Shown here: positions 1-10,476 of the stretch, one piece after another
Position numbering within the stretch: the stretch's first letter is position 1
Layout: every line of letters starts with the position of its first letter
Origin: Basidiobolus meristosporus CBS 931.73
Taxonomy: Eukaryota; Fungi; Basidiobolomycota
NCBI GenBank assembly: GCA_002104905.1
Contig: MCFE01000286.1
Span: 1-64,000, forward strand
DNA length: 64,000 nucleotides
Reading direction: 5' to 3'
The notes under the pieces: generated by a model
What the model was told of the DNA's origin: nothing
Databases searched by the model: none
Seen by the model: only the letters and a program-made list of their open reading frames with translations
Program-made: the position numbers and the translations under genes

Positions 1-132
1 CCAGCAACATAACATCTTTTCACCTTGTTCTTCTCCGGTACGACTTTATTAATATGCAGAGAATGAATTATTCTTTCTTCATTAAAAATTCACGTATTGT
101 ACAAACAAACATGCATGAAATATGAAGCTCCT

Positions 133-790
133 CTAGTTGATCATCAATTCCATGAAGGTGCAGTCCAGCCAACGATCAAACTTGTACCCAACGCGATGAA
201 AGGTCCCGACAAAAGAGAACCCAAGCTGTTCATAAAGTTTGAGTGAAGCGGTATTCTCGGCGGTGATCCCCGCTGCGGGAATGAATAAATTGAATGTTAC
301 TTGAAATGACGCGACAAGCATCCAACGTATTCGTATTCGAAAGAGGCCTACCGATAATGTTACAAAAGCCCAAATCCTTTCCTCGCTGGATGATTTCCTT
401 CATGAGCCTCTTTCCTAGCCCACGACGGCGATAGCCTTGGTGAATATAAAGCGATACCTCCGTTGTGCTGTAAGAAACGAAGATCAGTGGCTATCCTGAT
501 AACGCACGAACGACCTTCCCGAACCTCTTGAATGCAGGCTTGTCTCGGAATACACCCAGACAGCAGTAGCCAGCCACTCGCTTCTCTGGGGTGGTAGTGT
601 CGATAGCCACAATAAGCGGGTACCCCCGGCTTTTCAGAAAGTTGAACCACGCTTCGCGCTCCTCCAAGGCTTTTTCTTCATACTCAAAGATAGAGGTACT
701 ATGAAGGATTTCCCAGTTGAAGATTTCCAAAATCCCTGGCACGTCGGAAAGCTCACAATCTCGGATTTCTAGTTGGTCGAGTTCACACAT
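133..790 (-). CDS. GNAT N-acetyltransferase, Pat/YncA/MddA (phosphinothricin / methionine sulfoximine acetyltransferase-like) family; 3 exons
   Basis: Spliced by eye: MCELDQLEIRDCELSDVPGILEIFNWEILHSTSIFEYEEKALEEREAWF...YPLIVA...VAGYCCLGVFRDKPAFK|STTEVSLYIHQGYRRRGLGKRLMKEII...|AGITAENTASLKLYEQLGFSFVGTFHRVGYKFDRWLDCTFMEL. It has the acetyl-CoA motif (RRRGLG) and the family-typical C-terminal VGYKFDRWLD. Both introns are GT..AG. Confidence 0.9.
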
Positions 791-1767
791 TGTCTATAAA
801 AGGTCTCGAAGCATGGTGCCTTGCGTGCTTCCAGAGGAATCTTTATATAGTTTCCTCAGGCTGGTGTAGATACGGGTGCATACTTTGTGATAGGTCATGA
901 CAGCTTCTTTATTTGGTAGGTTACTAATCACATATCATCTAGAACCCTATCTTCCTGCACCATTAATGAAATACGGATGATTGACGGCAAATAAGATTTG
1001 ATACCGTTATCTGAGCTTATACAAATGAAGCATATGAGGTGATACCCCGTTGATATCTCTGATGGGACAGTGTTCATCCATCTCCTAGCAACCCGGACCA
1101 GCATTCTTGAGTATTTCCCACAGTCGAGGGATTTCACCAAGCTGATGGTCGATTTTTCTTCGGCTTGCTCTCTTGGCCTACCTTGCAGCTAAACAAGCCC
1201 TGCTGAGATTCCTGTCAAGCGCAGCACTATTGCTCCTTCCTCTCGGCTCTTACAAGATAAGAATCTCCTCGTGGACGCGTTTATGGCCCACTTGGTGGGT
1301 AATGGTGTTTATGAGTTTCGTCAAGGGCATGGTATATAGCTTCCAGTCGCTCGCTGCGACTGTGCAGGCACTTTCGAAGTGACCCGGTTTGAAGGCGTCT
1401 CCGGACTCTCGACACCTCCTGGGCAGGAATTGCTAAAAAAAGAATAGGGAAGTAATCCCCCAACAACCAAGAGGCGGACCCTAACCGTCCAAGCCGGTCT
1501 GCCTCATGGCCGGAGTTGGCATCAAGTGGGTGGGCGTTAACAAGCTGGCCTTGGTGGATCCGGGGGGAGGGGGAAGCGCCCCTTGAATGGGTATCATTGT
1601 TCTCCAACAAAGAATCTCGATCAGTGGGGTGCACAAGTAAACAACAATAATAAACAAACAATCTGGTTATCCAATGACTTCGTGACTCTAGTATAAATGA
1701 AGTGCTTTATTGTGTTTTATTCTATTCACATCGCCTGGATTCTCTATGCGGGGCTCAGCGATACCCA

Positions 1768-4700
1768 TTAGACGGCGGCTGCTACTACCTCACCACCATA
1801 CATATCCTCAAGATCAAGCTTTGGATCGCCAATCAACTTCAATCCAAACTTGTCGGAAAGAATCTTCACCGCACTAGGTCTCAAGAAAGCAGGAAGCTGC
1901 GGGCCGACTCGGACGTTTTGGATGCCCAGGGACAGCAACGACAGCAGAACAACCACCGCCTTCTGCTCGAACCAAGAAACAACGATGGACAGTGGGAGAT
2001 CGTGGATGGTGCAGTTCAACGACTCGGCGAGTGCGGTGGCGATCTGGATGGCCGAGTAGGCGTCATTACACTGGCCCATGTCGAGGAGTCTTGGGATACC
2101 CGAGTCTCCGATGGTCTTCCACTCTAACGAGTTGATACGGAATTTGCCACAGCCAGAGGTAAGCACCACAGCAGTCTCCGGAAGCATCTTGGCCAAATCG
2201 GTATAGTAGCTGCGCTCTCCTTCGTAACCGTCACAACCACCGATGACGAACACTCTGCTGATGTCGCCGGTTTCCATGGCTTTTAGAACAGCAGGGGCCA
2301 CATTCAAGACGGCCTCAGAGCTGAAACCAACCTGGTAGGTGTCAGTAGAGGGGGTGAAGGTGCTGGGAGGATATTCGAATTCTGGAGTGCCTTCACTGAA
2401 CCCGGGTGAGGCCAAAGCAACCTTGATCACCTCACTGAAGTCGAGATTGTCCCCTACATGGGGAATGTTTGGCCAGCCAACGACGCCAACGGTAAACAGT
2501 CTACCTTCGTAGTCATCCTTGGGTGGAGTCAGACAATTGGTAGTCATGACAATGGCACCAGGGAAGTGCGGGAACTCCACAGATTGTCTATGCCATGCCA
2601 GACCATAGTGACCTGCCAAGTGGTTATATTGGCGGAGCTTGGGGTATCCGTGGGCAGGCAGCATTTCTCCGTGAGTGTAGACGTTGATGCCCAAGCCTTC
2701 GGTCTGGCGAAGCAAAGAATCCAAGAACATGAAGTCGTGGCCGGAAACCAAGATGCATTTTCCGGGGCGTGGCTTGAGAGACACGGTGTGTGGTGATTGG
2801 GCGCCAAATGTCTTGTTGGCGTTGTGGAGGACATCCATGCAGATCAAGTTGATTTGGCCAAGCTCCATCAAGCAGGCCAAGGTCTTATCCATATCCTTGC
2901 AGTCCTTGGTGGTCAGGAAGTAGAATGCGCGATGCAAGAATTCATAGATACGACGATCCTCGTGAGCGAGCACCAGGGCGTGGTCGGCATATGCGCACAA
3001 GCCCTTCAGGCCGTACACGATCATCTCCTGCAATCCTACCAATGCATCGTTCTTGGTGGCTCTCATACGGCTGAGAATACCCACTTCCTTACCCTTGGAG
3101 ACAAGCATGTCCTCGATGTCACCAACCGAACCAGGAGCGCTGTCAAGGACTTCGGAGATGCTCTCCGGGATAGGGCACTTCTTGGGACGCAGGCCTAATC
3201 TCTTGCAGATCGCTTGATATTGGACACTCAAACGCTTGGTGTATTCTCTGCAATCGCGATGGAATTCAAGGAATCTATCGTTGTCAAAGTTGACATTGGT
3301 CAGGGTGGAGAAGGTAGCCTTCAATGAGTAATGGTTCACCTCAGGATACTCCACCTCAGATATCTGCACTTTGTCGCTGTGCTCGTACTGCAACTGGCGC
3401 AGATTGTAAGCGAACCAGGAGAGGCGCTTCAGGCAGGTGATCAAGAGATCTTGGAGAGCAGCCACCTCGGGAGTTTTGCCGCACACACCAATGGTGGTAC
3501 ATGCGCGGTTTTGATAGGTTTGTTCGCATTGGTAACAGAACATCTTGGCGTCTTCATACAGCGTTGCTGTGGGCACCTCAGCCCCTTGTGCTTGGCCTCC
3601 TTTCTTGAGAATAATGCTCTTGAGAGCATTTTCTTCGTCGGCACTCTTGGCGTAGGCCTCCACTTCCCAGCGGTTCTCCTTTCTAAGGTTGGCGATGATT
3701 TCCAGGGACTCTTCGTAGGAGATCTGCTTGTTGGCTTGCAGGCATTCACCAATGGTGATTTCCATGGCACCTGGGATTAATCCACCCAAACCGCAGTACA
3801 AGTACATGCCATTGTTTTCGAGGTAGTCGGTCACCTTCTCGGGGAAATCAAGCATTCTGACGGCGCAATTCTTCTTGTGATCACGGGAGGCGGCATCAAT
3901 CACCTCGACAAGTCCCTTACGCGTGAAGTTGTCCAACTCATCCTTGAAGAGATACTCATGCTCGTAGTATCTCATGCCATAGTAGAGCCTGATACGGGTC
4001 ATGTCGTGGCCCTGCTCAAGAAGGACCTCGCGATGCTGAAGAATGGAACGGAATACACCGATACCACTACCAAGGGCCACACCCAGGATCGGAGTGTCAA
4101 GACGCTCGGGCAGGTGCACCAATCCAGAATGGATCTTCAGGAACACGTATGGGTTCTCGGAATTGGGCTGTTTCTTGGAGAGGTAGGTGGAAGTCAGACC
4201 CTGGAATTTACCTCCGTTCTCGGTTGCCCATTCCTCCACGAAGAATACAATGTCAACCTTATCCTTAGAAACGAGGGGTGAGGAAGCAATAGAATAGTAT
4301 CTGCTGGAGATTCTGGGGACGTTGGTGATGAATTGCTCCAAAGAGATCTTGATCGAGGGATAGCGCTCGAGGACATCTACGACGCTGAATGTTGTGGAGG
4401 TGGAAAGCTTCATGTACATGTTTCCTTCCAGCATATCGGACGCCATGCTTTCGAGCGCCTCTTGCTCGTTGGCATCAGAAGCAAGGCAGCTGAATCCTTC
4501 AATAAGGGCACGGCTGGGGATCGCACTGATATCCAGGTAATTCTTCAGTATTTGGCGAACGGTCACCACGGTTGGCAATACGATAGCGTCATCCATGGTT
4601 TGAACCTCAATCGTCATATCCAAGTCGACATCCAACCGCTTGGCAGCGCGAGCCACCAATTCGTCCGGATTTTCGGGGACAACTTGCACATGGCCGGCCA

Positions 4701-5364
4701 CTTGATATTCTTGGTTTGTTTGGCTAATGTCGAATGTGACCAAGCAACCAGTTCTTTCGTACTCAGGAGAGGTAAGTCGCTTGTTCTGGACGACAGGGAC
4801 CTTGATGTATCCCTCATGGTGGATCTCCGGCACGGGTCGGTCAGAGGGTTGGATTTTGACTGAAACAGGCAAGCTCATCTTCACGTCGGAGCCGGTAAGC
4901 TTCATCCAGAAGGCCTTTAGCCAAGGACGGAAGGCTGTTTCATGGCCGTTTGGATCGTACTCGTCACCCAGTCCAACGGGCATGATGTTGAAGCCGCCAA
5001 GCTCAGTCATGCGTTGATCCAACAGCTTGGCAGCTTTGTTGAAGTTATCCTGCAAGGTTCTGTTTCCAAGTCCAAACACTGCGTATCTGGTTTGGCGGAA
5101 GAGTTGGGTCGAAGGATCCTGACGCTTGAGATAGGTCCAGAGAGGGGCGGCAGAATCAGGGAATTCACCATTGTAGAAAGTACTAGTCAAGAACACAATG
5201 AGAGGCTCGCTAGGCAAGCTCTCCAGGGCGACCTCATTCATGCGAGCCAGCTTGACGTCAAAGCTACGAATTTTGGCGAAGGTCTGCACGATCTTGGCAA
5301 AGCCTTCTGTAGTGCCGGTTTGGGAACCGTAGAGGATTAGCATGCGTGGCTTTTCAGAGAGCAT
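1768..5364 (-). CDS. hcp: Fusion of an NADPH-dependent diflavin (cytochrome P450 reductase-like) reductase and a hybrid cluster protein (Hcp/prismane), 1198 aa, intronless
   Basis: N-terminal part: flavodoxin motifs ILYGSQTGTTEGFAK, TSTFYNGEFPD and YAVFGLGN; FAD motif RYYSIASSP; NADPH-domain motifs LGSGIGVFRS, YYGMR, AASR and YLYCG. C-terminal part: Hcp cubane motif MFCYQCEQTYQNRACTTIGVCGK and hybrid-cluster motifs SGHD, THGEMLPAHGYP, TTNC, GGCDG, SGCGKFR, DMGQCNDAYSA and SWFEQKAV. Confidence 0.96.
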   Translation of the reverse strand: MLSEKPRMLILYGSQTGTTEGFAKIVQTFAKIRSFDVKLARMNEVALESLPSEPLIVFLTSTFYNGEFPDSAAPLWTYLKRQDPSTQLFRQTRYAVFGLGNRTLQDNFNKAAKLLDQRMTELGGFNIMPVGLGDEYDPNGHETAFRPWLKAFWMKLTGSDVKMSLPVSVKIQPSDRPVPEIHHEGYIKVPVVQNKRLTSPEYERTGCLVTFDISQTNQEYQVAGHVQVVPENPDELVARAAKRLDVDLDMTIEVQTMDDAIVLPTVVTVRQILKNYLDISAIPSRALIEGFSCLASDANEQEALESMASDMLEGNMYMKLSTSTTFSVVDVLERYPSIKISLEQFITNVPRISSRYYSIASSPLVSKDKVDIVFFVEEWATENGGKFQGLTSTYLSKKQPNSENPYVFLKIHSGLVHLPERLDTPILGVALGSGIGVFRSILQHREVLLEQGHDMTRIRLYYGMRYYEHEYLFKDELDNFTRKGLVEVIDAASRDHKKNCAVRMLDFPEKVTDYLENNGMYLYCGLGGLIPGAMEITIGECLQANKQISYEESLEIIANLRKENRWEVEAYAKSADEENALKSIILKKGGQAQGAEVPTATLYEDAKMFCYQCEQTYQNRACTTIGVCGKTPEVAALQDLLITCLKRLSWFAYNLRQLQYEHSDKVQISEVEYPEVNHYSLKATFSTLTNVNFDNDRFLEFHRDCREYTKRLSVQYQAICKRLGLRPKKCPIPESISEVLDSAPGSVGDIEDMLVSKGKEVGILSRMRATKNDALVGLQEMIVYGLKGLCAYADHALVLAHEDRRIYEFLHRAFYFLTTKDCKDMDKTLACLMELGQINLICMDVLHNANKTFGAQSPHTVSLKPRPGKCILVSGHDFMFLDSLLRQTEGLGINVYTHGEMLPAHGYPKLRQYNHLAGHYGLAWHRQSVEFPHFPGAIVMTTNCLTPPKDDYEGRLFTVGVVGWPNIPHVGDNLDFSEVIKVALASPGFSEGTPEFEYPPSTFTPSTDTYQVGFSSEAVLNVAPAVLKAMETGDISRVFVIGGCDGYEGERSYYTDLAKMLPETAVVLTSGCGKFRINSLEWKTIGDSGIPRLLDMGQCNDAYSAIQIATALAESLNCTIHDLPLSIVVSWFEQKAVVVLLSLLSLGIQNVRVGPQLPAFLRPSAVKILSDKFGLKLIGDPKLDLEDMYGGEVVAAAV

Positions 5365-6156
5365 TGTGGATTGTGTAGAAGTCAGAAACTATTGACGATG
5401 CCCTTGAAGCAGTTCGACCCCAGGTATTTATTCACTGTCACCAGTCATTGTAATTTACGAGAAGTTAACCCAATCAAACCTAGATTACACATACGACTAC
5501 CAATTCTGGCTGGTTTGTAATCTGCTCCCGATACGACAGGGATTTTTTATTATGCTGGCAGTCAATAAACTTGACCGAATATGTAAGCTATTTGATGACA
5601 ACTCTATATTTGCACCGCTTCCCAAGATCAACCCAGCTCAGATAGCGATCACGCTTAAATTCTTCCGATATCTCTCAACGCACTAGACCGTGCATGTGCA
5701 GTCCGCTTTGATATGCAGCGTGCATGGTTTCTAGGAGTCGAGTTACCATCGAAAGACCACATCGAGTAGATGGTGCTCGCGATTTAGGGGGCATATCTGG
5801 GCCATTGGCTTGAAAATCATCACAAAAAGGCAAAAGGCACTACAGTTCAAAATCTTCTATTTTTGTGCGAAATCCATGGCTCCGGTCGAAATTTCACTTG
5901 AATACTGGGTTCTGTCGGGCTAGGGGCCAAATCAGTTCCGAATCTGGCTTGCGCGCAGAAGTCGAGAGTGGAAATCCGAGGCAAAACTGGGCAACCTCCT
6001 CGATGGCGGCCACTTGATTCTCAGGGGGCTCCAACGCGACCAACTGGGCCATTCGCATTGGCAGGGATCGACACGGAAAATCTTTAGTGCTGTTTAACGT
6101 GAGGTTCGTGCATGGAGGATGGAATGCCCCGAAGAGTTTAAATCCAACCCAATATG

Positions 6157-6177
6157 GATTTGATGCATAATCAAATC
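6157..6177. promoter_or_regulatory. Perfect inverted repeat GATTTGAT-N5-ATCAAATC in the divergent hcp/HSF intergenic region
   Basis: The sequence reads gatttgat gcata atcaaatc. Any function is unproven. Confidence 0.3.
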
Positions 6178-6748
6178 AAATCAGATCGGATCGGATTAGC
6201 AGCAAAACCGATGTATATATGGGAATGCAGTGTGATCGAATCTTCCAAGTCGAATGGCACAATGGTAGGTCAGCACTCGAATGTGGATTTTATGGAATCT
6301 CAGAATTTCGGAATCAGCTAGTGCGATACCGCTGGCGATTGTATGCAAGCGCAATGGCCGAACACAAATGATCCTCAGCATCCATTGAATCAGAGTTTCA
6401 CCCAACCGAGCTAGATTAAATCCACCTGAAATCATTTTGCCTCAAGCGTAGACCGTGGTAAGCATGCCGCTTACTATCCCGCCTGTCGATCAACCCTCGC
6501 ATGAGAATCTCGAAAACCCATTTGGCAGTGATTCATGCGAGCGGGCATGCCGGCGGTTGTGAGACCCCATTGGGATCCCCTAAAGCAGAAAACCGGTTAT
6601 AGCGGTGGTTCTATACCTGTGCGCCCTTTGCCCTGGAATGCGTTTCCTGTCGAGATGAGGCAAATCGCGTATATAAGAGCGAGGGTGGGTGTCCTCTACT
6701 CGCCAACAGACAGAGCTACCTGGGCATCTCTATTTCTGGACTTCTCGA

Positions 6749-7934
6749 ATGATGAACGACATTCTTTCACCCATGTTAGGCAGCTTGGACAGTCAGCCTC
6801 TCCCCCAGTCCAAGGAAATCCCAATTTTTGTTCGTAAGCTGTATAGGTTAGTAGAGATGGGTGATGAGTGCTGCCACCATAGCTTTGCTCAACTCCTTGG
6901 CGGTATAATAGAATGCTTGAGAACGACAAACATGCTGAATACATCCGTTGGAACTTGTCTGGGAACAGCTTCGTTATCCCCGATGGTCCGTTACTTGCAG
7001 CCGTTGTGCTACCCCAATACTTCAAAGCCTCCACATTCTCTTCCTTTGTTCGCCAGCTTAACGTAAGTACTATGGACGGTGTATGAAGATCTTCGATCTG
7101 CCTAGACACCAGCTGCGTGTAACGTACAATACATCGTTCTCACGCATATCTAGAATTACCAGTTTCGCCGGATCTCTGATGCCCGAAAAGCCAAAAGCCC
7201 CACCAACCAACTGGCTTCCGTCTTTACCCATCCAAGCTTCCAGCGAGGAAAGTTCAATCTATTACATCGGATCAAGAGATCCGTCAATCGCGCCACAAGA
7301 CACAAGGCCAAGATCCATTGTGATGAGACAGTAAAACGTGAGGAGACCGCTCTTCCGCAGTTGATTAGCGGGGTGGACTGCAGCTCCAGCGAGGGAGAAG
7401 AGTTGGGTGACTTGGGTGCGTAAATACCAGATCCGTATCCTAAGCTCCACTTGCTAATGCTGCTTCTTTCTTGTAGCAGACAGCCACACTTGCACAAGCT
7501 GCCAAAGCCTGTGCATGGAGGTACAGGTGCTGAGACAGAGACTACGCAGTTATGAGGACATATTTGCTGGCAATAGCGAGCAGAATTACTCTACCCAGCA
7601 TGCAGAGCGTGAGGCCAGTCCCAGACAAGCACTCCTGGCTCATCAACCAGTCAACGCCGCCCTCAAATCCGAGGACTGGCCGTTGGAGACACCTAACCAA
7701 GAGTATGAGATCTTTTCCAAGCTATCGTGGATGTACAGCCTGGAGGACCCAACGCTGGCTTCTGCCGAGGCCACGTCAGACTCGCTGGGTGACGGAGTGC
7801 TTTCCCTTGAGCAGCCATGGTGTGATGATCTGAACAGTGCAATGGGCCAATTTGCAGTGAACTGGAACATGGCTGATCGAAAGTGCACGGAGGAGGTTCC
7901 AATCAACGCTGTTTACCCATTTTATGATGTATGA
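6749..7934 (+). CDS. HSF-type DNA-binding domain transcription factor (about 4 exons)
   Basis: Spliced: IPIFVRKLYR|MLENDKHAEYIRWNLSGNSFVIPDGPLLAAVVLPQYFKASTFSSFVRQLN|NYQFRRISDARK...FTHPSFQRGKFNLLHRIKR. This matches the HSF winged-helix consensus (F..KLY.M, IxW...G.SF, LPxYFK.S.FSSFVRQLN). A short coiled coil (LCMEVQVLRQRL) follows. Confidence 0.9.
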
Positions 7935-10412
7935 TTGTATTTTGGCACACTGATAATTTGTATATATTCTATGTTGGTTTGTATAAAGTTGGCTTATCGC
8001 ACATACATACAAAGAGCGATCACCAAGGTGATTGCGGACAAGTACGAGTTAATAAAGGGGGCTATTCACATACTTCAACATCCCACCGTGCCACTCGCTT
8101 TACAATGGCCCTTCGATGGTTGTACACTAATAACAATGGATCCATGCTGATCTTCAGCGATCAAAGGTTGTCAAGGCAACCCCAGCATGAATGCTCACTA
8201 GCACAAATGATGCTTTGAAATGGCCCGTCACCCCAGTCTTCGAAATTGAATGAAGCCAACCAGAGCAAAATGCACGGCAATCTCAAGTCAGGAATCACGA
8301 CCCTAACTTTTCACAGATTAAGTTTCATCAATGCTTTGTAATATTTGGATAATGTATCCGGAACAAGCGGATCATGTTGGATTGATAAGGATTCACCCCA
8401 CAATGGTCTATCACCCCCCACTACGCGCTCGTATCCATTATAGGATTTGACGTGTGCATCGTCACGGCCCTGGTTTCATGTAAAGTAAGATGCCGTTGAT
8501 TCCTACAGGATGGACATAATTCTTTGTTAGACGCCACAATGGCGGTGAAAAGAATGGACCAGACATTTGTTGGGGTCGAGAAGAAACCGGGTGTGCATTG
8601 AACGCTGGGCTTCCGAGAATTCAATTTTTTTCATTTGAATCCATCACCAGATGATTGACTTTCCGGATTGAAGCCGGTCTCTTCTAACAATCCAAGTTGA
8701 CCAGAAATGCCTTCTTTCGTATGGTGCTCTGCCTCTGCGTTGAATATCGCTGAGCGACGATTGTTCTCAACTATAGATCTAGATTATGCATGTATTTACG
8801 CAGCATAGCGTAGTGAACCTGCCATCTCCGTGTTTCATAGACATGACGAAAATAAGATACTTGGGTCGAGATTCACTCAGGATTCCGAAAAACAATCCAT
8901 GCTGATCGTTTTGAGTGCCAAAATTCAGTCCACAAAACAAATTCATGAATCCTGGCTGTAGATTACTAATGGGCGGGTCTCTAAAAAAAGCCCAATTTAC
9001 ACCATTCCGAACGCTTAGGTATTCAAAGTGCTCTGACTGAGTTCTGTGAGATCATATGTAGCATAATCCTGCCGAAGCTAGTTGATGTGCAGCAATCTGG
9101 CTGTACGGGTGGGCGCACTGTAGACCAGCTCACGACAACCTTCGTAATTTCTTTCCCAAGATCATAGGCGCTTAGAATGATTGAAGGGCTCTGATGTACC
9201 TGGAATACAAAAACCTACCAGACTACGATAAATATTTTGATCATATATTCGATTCGATTAATCAAAAGGATGGGAGTTTTGATCGGTACTCCACGATACC
9301 TTACACCCCGCGAATTCGGCAGCTGGGAAATAAATACAACCTCTCAGTCCTGCCCTGAGAAAGAAGGCGCAACAGTCTTTGAAGAACCAATCCCTTGCAA
9401 CAGCTACTTATTTCGTAGGTGGCTATGACGAGGATGATCGGGAAATGAGGTCAACAGTACATCTCAAAGCCTCTTTGTGCCCTTGACAGAGCCTTATGCC
9501 GACATGACCAAGTTTATTCCGGATTCACATAGTCTTCGAGAATGAGCCAACCGAGCTCTGTACGGAATAGCCGGTTTGGCAGATGTCAACCGTTCATTTG
9601 GGATAATGTATCCTTTATATCCGAGATTATTTCAGCTACGATCGTGCTCTACAAAGAGTAATAGGATCAATCGAACCATACACTTGGCTGTTTGTTTACA
9701 GTACACATGGAAATCGGGGCCCAAACTTGAGACAATCGACCCAAGGATCTCTCCTAGTACTAGGCGCATGTCCTGTAGAATCTTTGATAGGCCACCATTG
9801 AATGCCAGGAATAGCGAGACTTATTATTGAGGCCGAGTGGTCGAAAACTCCACCGCTTGGGTATCGATTAATCTGATAGCGGTATATACCCTTCATCGAA
9901 TAGTGATTAACCTTTGGCGATGATGATGCAGACGCGAATTTGTAAGACAAAGTGTAGACTATGACTCGTACCGTATACAATGTTCATATTAGTATGATCA
10001 ATCAAAATCTCTCGAGCAGGGAACCAAGAAATACCAAATTTGGTGATTCAGAAAGCTAGGGGTAGACATGTGTAGAGAAAAGCAGAAATATTGCTCCGAT
10101 TAGGTATGTTTGCCTGCCGAAGACCTAGGACAAAGTGCTATCAAAAACCTAAATGAGTAGAACTGATGAGGGTGATCCAATAGATTTTCTTCGGATTCTC
10201 CCCCCGTATTACCATAGGCCCTCTAAACGGGATAACATTAGCCATGTGAGAAGTGAAGTTATGAGAATTGTCTGCAAAAAGACGGCCGCGTAACACCATA
10301 CGATGAAAGCTGAATTTAATGAGCTGTAACGAATGGTCATTTGATTGCCCCCAAACATACACAGATTTATCAAGATATTGGAAAAGTAATAGGACCAAAA
10401 GTAAGCGCTTGA

Positions 10413-10420
10413 CTATAAAT
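10413..10420 (+). promoter_or_regulatory. TATA box of ARG1 copy 1 (CTATAAAT)
   Basis: TATAAA lies ~60 bp upstream of the ATG. Copies 2 and 3 have their own TATAAA at ~12408 and ~14401. Confidence 0.5.
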
Positions 10421-10476
10421 ACACTGCCCACACTGGCCTATTTTGTATCTCATACATTTCTAGCTCCTCAATCATC

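Noticed and set aside
900-1700. Short ORFs between the GNAT and hcp genes (e.g. 1281-1661 minus)
   Set aside because: No recognisable motif or consistent exon chain. A degenerate gene cannot be excluded.
6159-6175. TTGAT-N5-ATCAA resembling a bacterial FNR box upstream of hcp
   Set aside because: The FNR consensus has a 4-nt spacer and the context is eukaryotic. It is kept only as an unexplained palindrome.
8200-10400. Gene-free 2.2-kb stretch, checked for tRNA, ncRNA and transposon remnants
   Set aside because: No cloverleaf, terminal repeats or transposase/RT motifs were seen. It is treated as the ARG1 copy 1 upstream region.
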